Position numbers and translations under genes: made by a program | Shown: positions 38,965 through 51,700 of the stretch, in pieces | Position numbering within the stretch: position 1 is the first letter of the stretch | How the letters are laid out: each line of letters begins with the position of its first letter | The notes under the pieces: generated by a model | What the model was told of the DNA's origin: nothing | The model's input: the letters and a program-made list of their open reading frames with translations, nothing else | Databases searched by the model: none | NCBI RefSeq assembly: GCF_023055435.1 | Contig: NW_025964372.1 | Coordinates: forward strand, 38,564,001 to 38,628,000 | Source of the DNA: Haliotis rufescens | Lineage: Eukaryota | Direction: 5' to 3' | DNA length: 64,000 bases

Positions 38965-41649
38965 CTAAACAAGTCGAAACGACGTTGATGAACATAACGT
39001 AGATACACAGATGACTTGTTCTTGACCATAAGTGCGAGATGTTCAACACTGTTCCGCTAGCGTTGTCAGCCCACTTTTGGGTCATGTCAGAATGACCTTT
39101 CATCCGACCAATCAGAGTGTCGGCAAAGTGATAGTTGGATGTGATTTCTAATCCTGCAACATCAGAAATGTTAATACATGGTATTCTGAACGACAGTTAC
39201 GGTCTGTACGACTGATGCCGTCAAAATCATCACCCATCTCTCGCTTCAATGGGATAAACATTTAAAACAGAAGACTTTCCACACTGTCTTGCAAACTCGG
39301 CATCTATTAGACCTTCAAGTTTCTTTAGTTTAGTATTCAAATTTTGAATCGATATTTTTCAGAGCTAGTCTGGAATGGAAGTCGCCGGTTTGACACTGGC
39401 TGCTTTCTGACTGGCATATGTTGTAAGTAATTTCATTGGTAAGTCAAAGTTCGCGAAAGGTCGTTCTGACGTGACCTGTATTGGGATGTCCTCAGATCTC
39501 CGTGTATCGGTAGCGAGCACTAAGATCTCATTTTAATAAGATTGTAAGCGACACGTTTGATTAGGTTGTCCATTTGAATTAACGTTTCATGTGTCTGGGC
39601 AACGTAATTCGATTTTCCTCCAAATTGACAGGTTTATGCTCCTATTGCCTACAGTTCATGGTTCAGGGCACACAATTGCAAAACCTTTATCCCTAAATCG
39701 TAATTTCTCTGTGCCAGTGCACCCTGTTCACGTAAAACCAAAATACGTTATTTTTGGTATGTGTTGTTATCCTTGCTGTCACGTGGGTACGCACACACAC
39801 ACACACACATACACGCACTCGCACACGCACACACAAAGGCACACACACACACATGCACTTTCATGTAAGTACAACAATCTTGAACGAAACGTTGAACCCC
39901 ATTTCAACTCATCTGGAACTGTACAAAATCGACCCAGTGATTGACGGAGTTGTCCTCCGTTTGATATTAACTGAAGCGCACATAAAATTTACACCTTGAA
40001 AGCGGAAGTCTTGTCAAAACGAAACAAGGATTACAGTTGTCTGACAGGCGAAGGACGCTCTCTCGCGCCCTGTGTTCAAACCATCGGCACCAACTCAGGT
40101 AAGGGGTAAACTGTTCACACAACTGTACTGAACAATGGTTTGTCTGGTGTAGAATGTGTAGCGGTATTTACCAGATTTAGTAGTTTACACTCAGTTGTTG
40201 ACAACACAGCCACACCCTGTTAGATATACAACTGCATATATTGTAACAGTCATTTGTCAGTCAGTCAGCTTCACATAGATCAGGTGATACTTAACACAGC
40301 TGCCGACTGTCCTGTCATTACGTGTGTGACTGTTTGTGGCTGAAGCCATATTGAAGTGGAAGTAAACCATGTGTGGAATCCACAGAGTAAATCGTCACAA
40401 GGGTTTTGTGTTAGACTCTAGAGTTGTGTCCCTTTGATCATCTTGTGCAAGTCAAAATATGCACCTGTCTTCATACGTTCATTGTGACTTGAGTTGTAAA
40501 CATTTATTGTTAGTGGCTTGGTCGTTGTCCCGCATATTTGTGCTTTAAACTCTAAATAGGGTTGACTGTTAAAGGGACGAAATGTGATTTTCTTCGATTG
40601 AAATTGTGAAGTATGACACTTGAGTGAGTGAGTGAGTTGTGTTTAACGCCGCTTTTAACAGTATTCCTATGACACTTGAGTATGGGTAACTGGACAGTTG
40701 TTCGTTTCATCTGAACATATATCCAGATGTCGACCCTCACGCTTGCAAGGGCATCTTCATCGAGGGTAAGGAAAACATTTATGGGTGACCGGCACTGTGA
40801 ACAACTCAATTTGCCAATTTGACGGTTGTTGTTGTAGTTGTGTACATCTAAGCGACTATATGTNNNNNNNNNNNNNNNNNNNNNNNNNNNNNNNNNNNNN
40901 NNNNNNNNNNNNNNNNNNNNNNNNNNNNNNNNNNNNNNNNNNNNNNNNNNNNNNNNNNNNNNNNNNNNNNNNNNNNNNNNNNNNNNNNNNNNNNNNNNNN
41001 NNNNNNNNTGTGTGACTAGCTGAACAAAACGATACCCGAAGATAACGATGATTACAGAGTTGTGTCCTTTTGATATTCATGCTCACCATCTGCAGTACAG
41101 GCATCTGATTCACTTTATATGTAAGACACTTGAGGTTTGTACATTTTAATGTTTAAAAGTGTGTCAAAGTCGTCTTTGGGTATCTTTTGATAGGGTTGAC
41201 TGTAAAGATTCGTGACACATAATTGTATAGGCTAAGATAGTGAAGTTTGACAATTTACTGGATATTTGTAGATTTCCTCCAACATTAGGTATGAGAAACT
41301 GATATCTGGCCTTCGAAGAAAGTACCTAAATTTGCATTTACCGTTCATTTTCAGATAGGCGTGTATCATATATATATATATAAAAACAATTGTTGTCTGG
41401 CAATGCTCAAAAAGTGATTTATAAGTGCCTTTGCAAAGGGCAAAACAGTGATGAACATTATGTGAATGGACTCCTGAAAACACCATGCAAAGTGTAGCTG
41501 ATTCTGTAGGTTTTGATTTAAAACAAGTGAATTTTAATACTCATGAAGTTATTATCGAATAATGGAATGGTTATGTATATTTAAGGTTTAAATCATCTAC
41601 TCACGGCTTTTATCTGTATAATCCTGTATTGTCAGTTCCAAGCTTCGCA

Positions 41650-43515
41650 ATGTCTGGTGAGAGCCGAGAATCTGGATATGTGGACAACTGGCAGTCAGGG
41701 AAGACTGTCACAGAGTGTAATCTGTGCATGCTCGACACGGAAGACTTCTGTGACGTCACTTTCCTGTTGGGGTCAGAGAAACAGGTGGTCCGAGCTCACC
41801 GCTACGTTCTTGTCAGTCGCAGCTGTGTCTTCCATGCAATGTTTTGTGGCCCCCTTGCGGAGAAAGGGGAGGTAACCATTCCTGACATTGCGGCAGACAT
41901 CTTCAAAGAGTTCCTGAGGTTCGATTAATCTTTTAATTTTACAAAACAATCAAATACCCAATGACAAAACACCTTCCATTTTACTTTGCGTGATATATAC
42001 CAATGTCTCGAAGTCACTTGGCAGACAGAAATGTATTTCTCCACAATGAGGGTAAATTTAAACTGTATAAATTCGCATATTTCCTTGAAGTGTTCAGTAA
42101 TCCTGCGTCATCAAGGTAGCCTAGTTGTATCTGTATACATGACTACCCGACCAAGCAAGTCTGAAGTAAGAATATCATGTAGGTTAACATATAAAGGTAA
42201 CTATAAACGTCCTCACTACAGAATAACCAGTATGAATTATCCCACGAAACAAATTCCATTGGGTGTAAAAGTCAGTGTGGCGATGAACATGTTGTAAATG
42301 GATCACTGAAATGTCTGAACAAGTGACATATATATAAGACAACCTAACCTGATTGTGCTATTTGGATGTGAATTAAGTTGATAAATCTCATGAAACCTTG
42401 GTTTTAATTGCTCGTAACATTGAAATCCTACACACTGTTGTAGGTATGTGTACACAGAGAAGACTACTATCAACACTGAAACAGTCACAGGACTAATGTA
42501 CACCTCCAGGAAATATTCTCTGGATGCATTGTACGATCTGTGTGTAACGTTTCTGGAGACGTCCCTGTCAGAAGACAATGTCTGCCAGATCCTAGAGCAG
42601 TGTCATGGTTACGGGGAGGTAGACCTGGAACAGAAGGCCCTGAATATCCTGACTGAAGGAGGGGAGAGTGTCATCAAATCTCCAGGGTTTGTAGATCTTT
42701 GTCCTTGTTGTCTGGAAAAGTTCCTCAAATCAAACACTCTGAACCTGAGAGAGTCAGACATATTTGAAGCAGTCGTGTCCTGGACAAAGGAGCGGTGCAG
42801 GAAGGAAGGTGTGAGAGACACGCCTGAGAACAGACGGAGACTCCTGGGAGATATGAGGTATGAGATCCGGTTTATCAGCATGACCCTGGAGGTCCTGGTG
42901 AAGGTTGTAGGCCGATCTGGTGTGCTGACAAACAGTGAGAGAGTTCAGATAATTGACAGATCTGTTGACTCGACTGTTGATATTTCTCCATTTAAAACTG
43001 TACAGAGAATGAAATCAGGAGTTGCTCAGATACAAGAGTCCAATATTTGTAAACATGTAAGCAGATTTCAATATATGTCAGAATATTGGCATTCTGCTAA
43101 AACACGTTGCAGGCATGCTATCTCGTTTTCTGTCACTCACAACATTCACCTGAAAGGATGTCAGCTCTACCGTGAACAGGGTAATGAAGACATCCTACTG
43201 AGTATAAGGGTGAATGACCAAAATGACATAGTTGTTGCTGCACCCTTATGGAAGACATGGATGACTCGTCACAGCAACAAAGAGATGACTGATGTCCTAT
43301 TTCCCGAGTCTGTACTACTGCAGCCAAGCACAACCTACACTCTGTGTGTGGACCTACCTCCCGGTAACTATTACAGGGGGGTTGATGGAAAGAAGACTGT
43401 AACCAGTGATGGAGTACAGTTCACCTTCTCACACTCCCCACTGGACACTGCAGGAACATCACTACAGTGTGGAAACATACCTGGCTTGATATTCAGCATC
43501 CCAACAGAGATGTAG
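41650..43515 (+). CDS. BTB-BACK-PHR protein copy G4; join(41650..41918,42444..43515), 446 aa
   Basis: Same exon structure, splice sites and motifs as G1; intact frame. Confidence 0.92.
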
Positions 43516-46262
43516 TGTGTGAATTCATGGTGAAACTGTCAATTCTTCCACTCAACCATGGGATGAGATAATGACCACAACATTCAGCTAACATCCTGTG
43601 TGCTGTTTGTACAGGATTTGATGTGAATACTTTACTGAAATTTGAATTGGATGTACTTTTAAACAACACTGACAGCTTGTGCATTGTATGTTACGTTCAC
43701 ATGTAACATCATTTCCGTTTCATAGTTTCCATAGATTGACTGTCTGCCTGTGTGATAATGTTATTTACATATCAAATAATGAAATATTGTACTACACACT
43801 GGAGTGTTTTAATGTTTCGATTGCAGCTTAACACATCTTCTTACATCAAGTGACGCGTGCATGTGTAAGCGTTACTGTTTTAAATGTACAAAGATGTTGT
43901 TCCAAGCTGTGTACAGTGATTAGCCCCTGCCTACAGAAACAAATACCTTGTTGGGTTGGGTTTCGCCGCCATCAGACATTCTTAATATTTAGACTTACAA
44001 CACCAGATACACTTCCAAATTTCATTTTAATCATAATATTTCAATTACTAAATACAGTTAAGTTAGCGAGAAAATAAGTCAATTCTTAACATTAAGTTCA
44101 CTGATGGCCTATACTCGGTTCTCTGCTAACACGGGTTCGTCTATTCAAATAAATATAATTTTAGCCAAAAACATATTGGGAATTAGTCAGGCAGGGTAGG
44201 GTAACTACGGCAGTCTGTAATTTGTTGTCTCCAATCTAGGACCTTTACAACTTCAACTGTAACGGATTTGTTTTCTTCTCTCATGATCAGTGTACACACA
44301 CACACGCACGCACGCACGCACACACCCCCACACACACACGCAAGCACGCACGCACCCCAAACAAAACAAACAAACTGTCGTCATTGTTCCTGGCGTTGAT
44401 AAAATACTTGGCAATTTATGAAGTCAATGTCTTGCTGAACTATGTACCAATCCAGATATGCAGAAAATTATCAGATTATAAAACTTTTTTGGCAATATAT
44501 GAAGTCAATGTCTTGCTGAACTATGTACCAATCCAGATATTAGCAGAAAATTATCAGATTGTAGAGCTTTCTTTTTGATATTGCATCTTTAAATTATTGA
44601 TTGTACCTACAACTCACATCAAAAGGAGGGACCATGGTGATAGAAAGCCAGCAACCCATTAATGTGATTACTACATCAATATTGACATTTAGTATGGGAC
44701 ATTGCACCTGTAATTCTGTTTGTGTAACCTGAACATATTATTTGAATCACCTGCGCTAGAAACATACTTTCCGTCACTACGCAAGCAAGCTACATTCATG
44801 TGATATTCAATAAATCTCAATAAAAACTGCGGATATTATTGTTATTATTGTTAATAACCATGTCTAACCAGGTTGGCGTCTCTGCGCAGAGGGTATGGTG
44901 GCTTAGCATTGGTTGTTATTGTTGATCCATCGTCCAGTTATATATATATATATATATAACTGGACGATGGATCAACAATAACAATATTCGTTATATATAC
45001 AGTCTTTAACGAATAAGGTCAATAAAAAAGTAAAGAGACATGATAAAAAAATTAGTAAACGTTAATTGATTTTAATTAACTTGAGGAAACTACTCATACC
45101 TTCAGAAATTTGTATTTGACCATCATTTACACACGCTACAAGATGCCCTTTTAAAAATACATACATAATTTAGTATCTAAAGAGGACCAGCCCATACGAT
45201 ATTCTTATCATGGAAAAACTGCCAGTATTCGAAACAGCTCTTCTTAATATTTGAGAGTAGATAGGCCCTAAGTTTATTCTTGTATGGTAACCATGAACAC
45301 ACAATGCCATTTAGAAAGTGGTCAAATGTAACAAATGTTACATTTGGGATAACTATTTCTGAGTAAAGTACAGATTCTCGTACATTTTCTGAGCGCCGTC
45401 CTGGATTCGAACCCACACTTACAGAGTGAGTACGAGATTCTGTACTTTACTCAGAAAGTGTGATCCCAAATATAACACTTGTTACTTTTAACCACTTTCG
45501 AAATTGTATTGTGCGTTCATAGCTTTCGGCCATGGGAGCTGTGCCAATTTACACACGTCAGAGGGGTAGACAAAGTACGTGATCTGGACTACCAGTTATT
45601 GGATTTTCATTTTGTGGAAGCCTCGGTGGCTGAGTGGGTTAGATCGCTGACTATGTGTGCTGGCGATTAGGTGCCTCACTCTTGCAGTGTGGGTTCGAAT
45701 CCCGGAGTATTGTCGAATCATAGATTATTATTTTAATTGTTCGCAACTAGTTTTACTTCTAAACTGTGATAGTCTAGTTATTATACTGTCCGTCGTTAAC
45801 AGATTTTATTCATCTAAGTTTAAATTGCATTAATGTTCTCGTCACTATATGGCTGAAATAAAAATGACGTAAAATTTTAACTCACTCACTCGAATTTCGG
45901 ACGGGACTCAACCCCCAAACGTACAGGAATCTGTACTTAACTCAGAAAGTGTTACATGGTAACCACGGCCTGTAGAAAATATAGTAAAGCATCCATGGTT
46001 GACTTGGGGTAAAGGCAAGTGGTGGTGTAGCGACTTGCATTAAATGTGTTTGATGCCAATTTGTGTGAGCATAATCCCCTTAATGTATTCTCGTACTAAT
46101 CGAAAACAAAAATATACAGAAGGTCCTGTTTTGCAAAGAATGGGTTGCCTAAAATGTAGCAGCTTCGGTTGGCTCTAAATATGCGGATCTGGAACCGAAT
46201 TGAGCATGATTCATTTCTTGATAAATAATCATATTATAGTGTGATCTTATCTCGATTCCATC

Positions 46263-46920
46263 CAGTGTTCACGTAGTCTTTTCATTTAGTGTTCACGTAG
46301 TCTTTTCATTTAGTGTTCATGTAGTCTTTACATTTAGCGTTCATGTAGTCTTTTCATTTAGTGTTCATGTAGCCTTTTTATTTAGTGTTCATGTAGACTT
46401 TACATTTAGTGTTCATGTAGTCTTTTCATTAAGTGTTCATGTAGTCTTTACATTTAGCGTTCATGTAGTCTTTTCATTTAGTTTTCATGTAGTCTCTACA
46501 TTTAGTGTTCATGTAGTCTTTTCATTAAGTGTTCATGTAGTCTTTACATTTAGTGTTCATGTAGTCTTTTCATTTAGTGTTCATGTAGTCTTTTCATTTA
46601 GTGTTCATGTAGTCTTTTCATTTAGTGTTCACGTAGTCTTTTCATTTAGTGTTTACGTAGTCTTTTCATTTAGTGTTCATGTAGTCTTTTCATTTAGTGT
46701 TCGTGTAGTCTTTTCATTTAGTGTTCATGCAGTCTTTACATTTAGTGTTTTTGTAGTCTTTTCATTTAGTGTTCATGTAGTCTTTTCATTTAGTGTTCGT
46801 GTAGTCTTTTCATTTAGTGTTCATGCAGTCTTTACATTTAGTGTTTTTGTAGTCTTTTCATTTAGTGTTCATGTTGTCTTTTCATTTAGTGTTCACATAG
46901 TTTTTTCAATTGGAGTTCAT
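46263..46920. repeat. 24-bp minisatellite, ~27 units
   Basis: Direct tandem repeats. Confidence 0.95.
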
Positions 46921-48791
46921 ATCGTCACAAGTTGACATGTATATAGTTCGTGTCGTATCGGGGTATTGAGTGAATGCGTCACATGGTTGCTATGAGACAG
47001 GAGTGTGGACGTGAGACGCAGCAAAACAAGAAGTGGAGAAGTGGCGTCGGTTGTTACAAATGCACACGGCGCCCACAGCTTCACTTGTTGTTTTGCTGTG
47101 TGTAAATAGATGGCACGTTATTGGTCAGCTAGGGTGTTTTAGTTGAAACATTATCTATATTTCTCAATAAACCGGAGTGATAGTTTTATATCAGTCATGT
47201 AGTATACAACCCAAATGACGTGATCAAAAACATTCTATCTTTGTAGAGAGGAAAGAGACACATCTATCAGTGTCCCCTGCTATTTCTTGAATGACTATCT
47301 GTGGCGACTAATGGGATCGGGTATTCAGACTCGCTGACGTGGTTGTTTCATGTCTTCGTATCCCAATGCATCACTGCAGGAAATGATTGAGGGAGCGGAT
47401 GTATGTTGTTTGACCAGCCGACACTATTCCAGTTTTATCACTGCCTGTAAATATTTGAATCTTAGAAAGGCATACAAGAGGTTAAAAACAACGATCCACC
47501 CGTTAGGAGTAGGATCCCAATCAATCAGCCAGAAAACTACCCGACCCCTGTCGATCAGATCTTTCCATTGAGTGAGTGAGTGAGTGAGTGAGTGAGTGAG
47601 TGAGTGAGTGAGTGAGTGAGTGAGTGAGTTTGATTTGACGCTGCTTTTAGCAATGTTCCAGCCATATAAAGGCACCCATGTTGGGCATCGAACCCGGGTT
47701 TAAGGCGTGACGAGCGAACTCCTTAACAACTAGGCTATCCCATCGCTACTAGATCCGACATTTGTGGAGAACTCGTTGAGTTTGGTTGGTGGCTTTTTAT
47801 GGTTCATTATTTACATAGCTGGCAACAAACAACGTTTGTTTTTTAAGAATATAAGGGGTCACAACATGCCGTGTCGTCGCTGCAGTGTCCTGTGCAGAGT
47901 TGCGTCCCTTACGCTAACCGGAAACCTATGATTGTCAATTCGAATCTCATATTCAACCTGATAAGGCGTTTTAGCACAATACTCGTTCTCATGGGTTTCA
48001 CCAACCTCGCGGACATGTGCTATATGCATTTAAATCTCGTTTTTGTTGTTTCTGTCAGGTACAATTGATAATTTCATCAAAACATAAAAGGTGAAAGGCA
48101 GAGGACAATTCAACCATGTCCCAATAAAATCTGTTAGGCGTATAACATATGGACGGTGTAACAATAGGATGGATACAAAACGAGAAGCGCTGGAAAAAAT
48201 AGAGATTGAAATGTTTAATGAAGCGTCACACGATATATGATTTACATCACACTTTTGGAATAAAACATCTGTAGTAATAGACATCAGCTCGACTGCTCAG
48301 TCATGGCAGTAGGAGTAGTGAGTGAGTATGGTTTTACGCCGCTTTTGGCAATAGTTCAGCAATATCACGGCGGAGTAGCAGTAGCAGTATTGGTATTGAC
48401 AGTAGCTGTAGAAGCAGGCAGTACAATAAGTAGCAGTAGGTGTAGTAGTAGCAGTATTTGGTATTGATAGTAGCAGTAGCAGCAGCAGAGGGCACTGGTC
48501 GTAGCAGTAGTAGTGAACAGAACAGTAGCAGTAGCTGTAGTAGTAGCAGAAGCAGTAGCAGTGACGGCGATAGTGATAGGATTCATATGAAGGCAAGTTG
48601 CCTGAAGGAGTACTATATGACTGAGTCTGACTATAACACATAACACGTCAATAACGTACTTACACAGTCAGTCAGTACACATGAAACAGATCGAACATGA
48701 CTATTGGTATAATAGCATTGACTTGAAAAGTGTGAGGCAGGTGAAGAGGTAGTTCATCAGGTATGAAGCTGGCACGTGATTTAAGAGGAAG

Positions 48792-51700
48792 TCAGCGTTT
48801 TCTCAGTCTCTGTGTCTCCGTGGCGCCATCCTTGGTCTGAGCCTGGGAACAGAAACAAGCACAGAGTAAGGCCAAGTCGTCTGAGTCACCGCAATTCGCT
48901 GTGCAGGGTTGTGTCCCTTGACGTGCCGAACCTTATGATCGTGGGTTCGAATCCCATACTCGCCCAGATTATGACGCTTGGTTTGCCGCCTACAGCTCAT
49001 TCACAAGTAATCTCGAAGTCTGGGGTTCCCATGGAATATATAAGGCATCATTTTGCAACACTGCTGAACCGGAATAACAAATACCTTGTTTAAATATTTA
49101 GCTGAGTAAAAAACAATTCTTGAGCTAGCTAAGTTATCAAAACAGTGACTTTATCAAATAGTGTTGCGAACATTAGGCAATAAGTTCTTGAACAAGTTGG
49201 CATAACATTGATGCATGGAGCTCAATAGAAGAAGTGAGTGAGTTGGCGTTAACGCCGGTTTTAACAGTATTCCAGATATCACGGCGTGTCAGCTTAATGT
49301 AGGAGGAAAGTCCGAAGTGATGCAGGTCAGAGATGTTTCCCATCTGTGAATGCCACGAGCACGGGTATGGTGCTGACAAACCTAGAAACATAATCGGGGC
49401 GAACCGAGATTCGAACCTACAATCATAGGTTTCTGGCGTGCCCAAGGGACGCAACTCTGCACGGCAAATCGCGGCGCCTTGGACGACTGGGCGACCCATG
49501 CCCCCTCAATAGACGTAATCCTGATTGGGAACAACATCTGTATATTATCAGATTGCTTTAGAGCTTTGATAACGATATCTAGTTTATGACAAATCATCTC
49601 AAACGATAAGGAAAGATATATCGAATTAATGGAGCGTTACTGTATAAGAAATGAGTGTAATTAGTGAACTTATGAAGAATACTGAATAGTAGTTATGAAA
49701 CAGAAAGGTCATCTTACAAAAGCGATATCCAACATACACAATAGCGGATAAAAGGAATCGGCTTCCACTCCAACCCTGAAGTTAAACATGTTTGTTTGTT
49801 TGAGTCTGGACCAGACAATCTCGTGATTAACATCATGAGCATCGATCCACGTAAATGGGATACAATGACCTCCAATCAGCCAAGTCACCGAGCCTGACCA
49901 CACAATCCATTTATTCGCCTCGGGCGACAAGCTTATATTGCCGGGGACGTACATTCTTTACCAGGATCCCCAGGGGTAGTTAACCATGGGAACCACCCAT
50001 CGTATTCATACCTCTCCCTGGGGACAAGGTCTTCAGATAAGTCCGAGAATTTCAATTTCAAATGAATGTAGGTACGTCAAACATAGTTAAAAACAATAAG
50101 ATTTCATTATGATAATAGACCAATGAAAATATTCATTTCAGTCTATACCTCATGGGTTGTTAAGACTCAACATTCCTCCACTAGGGGTGAATTCACACGA
50201 CCGATTGGGGGCGGTGCAGTAGTGACGTGTGTGGTTCACGTCATCTCATTAAAAAGGCCGTGGTACCGCATGGAAGTCAAATAAGCCCTACTGAAGCAAC
50301 GTGTGGAGTACATGCCCGTAAGATAACTTTAACATGTTGCACGGAAAATAGTGCCGTTTGTGCTGTCATCTCTGAGCACTGATTGGTCATGGTTTCCCTC
50401 TCGCTAGAACCAGGCCGTGTCTTGATTGGTTGGTTTATAATAGCAACTGAATCTCCAAAAGCGGACGTATGTATTCACTGGTAAGGGAGGAGCGTAGTGC
50501 ATACAATCCAGTGATGTTTTGACGAAGGATGAAAGGCTGAGCTGACTTACTGTAATGACGAAGTCTCCATCTCTGTAGGTGTCCACGTCCCAGTGCATGA
50601 CGACCCCGTTCTTGTCTTGAGTCATCTTCTCGATGAAGTGATCATTTCGTAGAGAGATCAGGCTCTGTAACAAGTAGGAAAGATGGTTATAAACACAATG
50701 CAGATACACAGATGACTTGTTCTTGACCATAAGTGTGGGATGTGTAAATCTGTTGTGTTAGCGAAAGGGGAAGGGGTTCAATCTCATTATAATCAGATCG
50801 TTGTTCTCGCTACCGCTAAACAAATATGAAATGACAACCAATTTGGGGTCATGTCAGAATGATCTTCATCTGGAGTGAGTGACTGAGTATGGTTTTACGC
50901 CGCTTTTAGCAATATTCCAGCAATATCACGGCGGGGGACACCACAAATGGGCTTCACACATTGTACTCATGTCGGCGATCGAACCCGGGTCTTCGGCATG
51001 ACGAGCGAACGCTTTAACCACTAGGCTACCCGACCGCCCCTCTTCATGACATCTGGAAAGTGACAGTCGAAATGTGTAATCATGCAACCTCGAAAAGGTT
51101 AGCACGTGGTAATCCGAACGACTGTTATGGGCTCTACGACAGATTCCGTAAAAATCATCGCCCATCTCTCGCTTCAATAAACATTGGAAACGAGAAGGAC
51201 TTTCCAAGCCCGTGGGACGTCCTGTCATACAATATGGGCCATCTATGGGACATTTCAGAATTGTTTAGTGTTCAAACTTTGAATCGATAAGTCTCTCTGG
51301 ATTTTTTAAACATCTCAACTTCCGGTGTTTCAGTACCAGTAAAGAGTTTCGTCTTTATACACAATGTTCCCGATTGAGTGGGCCATGTAATTGCCTCAAA
51401 CATACCATTCAATGTGTCATTTTATGTCATTATATAATTACGTCCACTACGGCTTGGGGCGCTGGCCAAGCAGGTCAAACTTTAAACTGGCAACACCTGT
51501 GGTATGCGCAATGTAAATGTTACCGTGACACTTAACACTTCTAACTGTCAACCACTGCAGCCTTCACCTTTAATGGTAACGGAACTTGTGTGTGGATTTT
51601 AAATTTCCTTTTTTCCACTAAACAATGAAATATATATTCCGTGATGCGGTGTTACATCACGTGCTCAATGTCTTAATTTTAGACCATTTAATAGCCACCG

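Larger units (their letters stand above)
1..51289. repeat. Tandem segmental duplication array (BTB-PHR gene plus 3' half of FABP-A per unit); continues beyond the left edge
   Basis: Position 1 aligns to 13015 (offset 13014). Homologous blocks recur near 25.8k, 38k and 45.2k. Homology to the unique FABP-A intron 2 ends at GA(A/T)TCGATA (32332, 39354, 51289). Confidence 0.9.

Noticed and set aside
10921-43515. Diversity-generating retroelement-like mechanism for the PHR variation
   Set aside because: No reverse transcriptase or template repeat is present, and the substitutions involve all bases rather than only adenines. Duplication, conversion and selection are sufficient.
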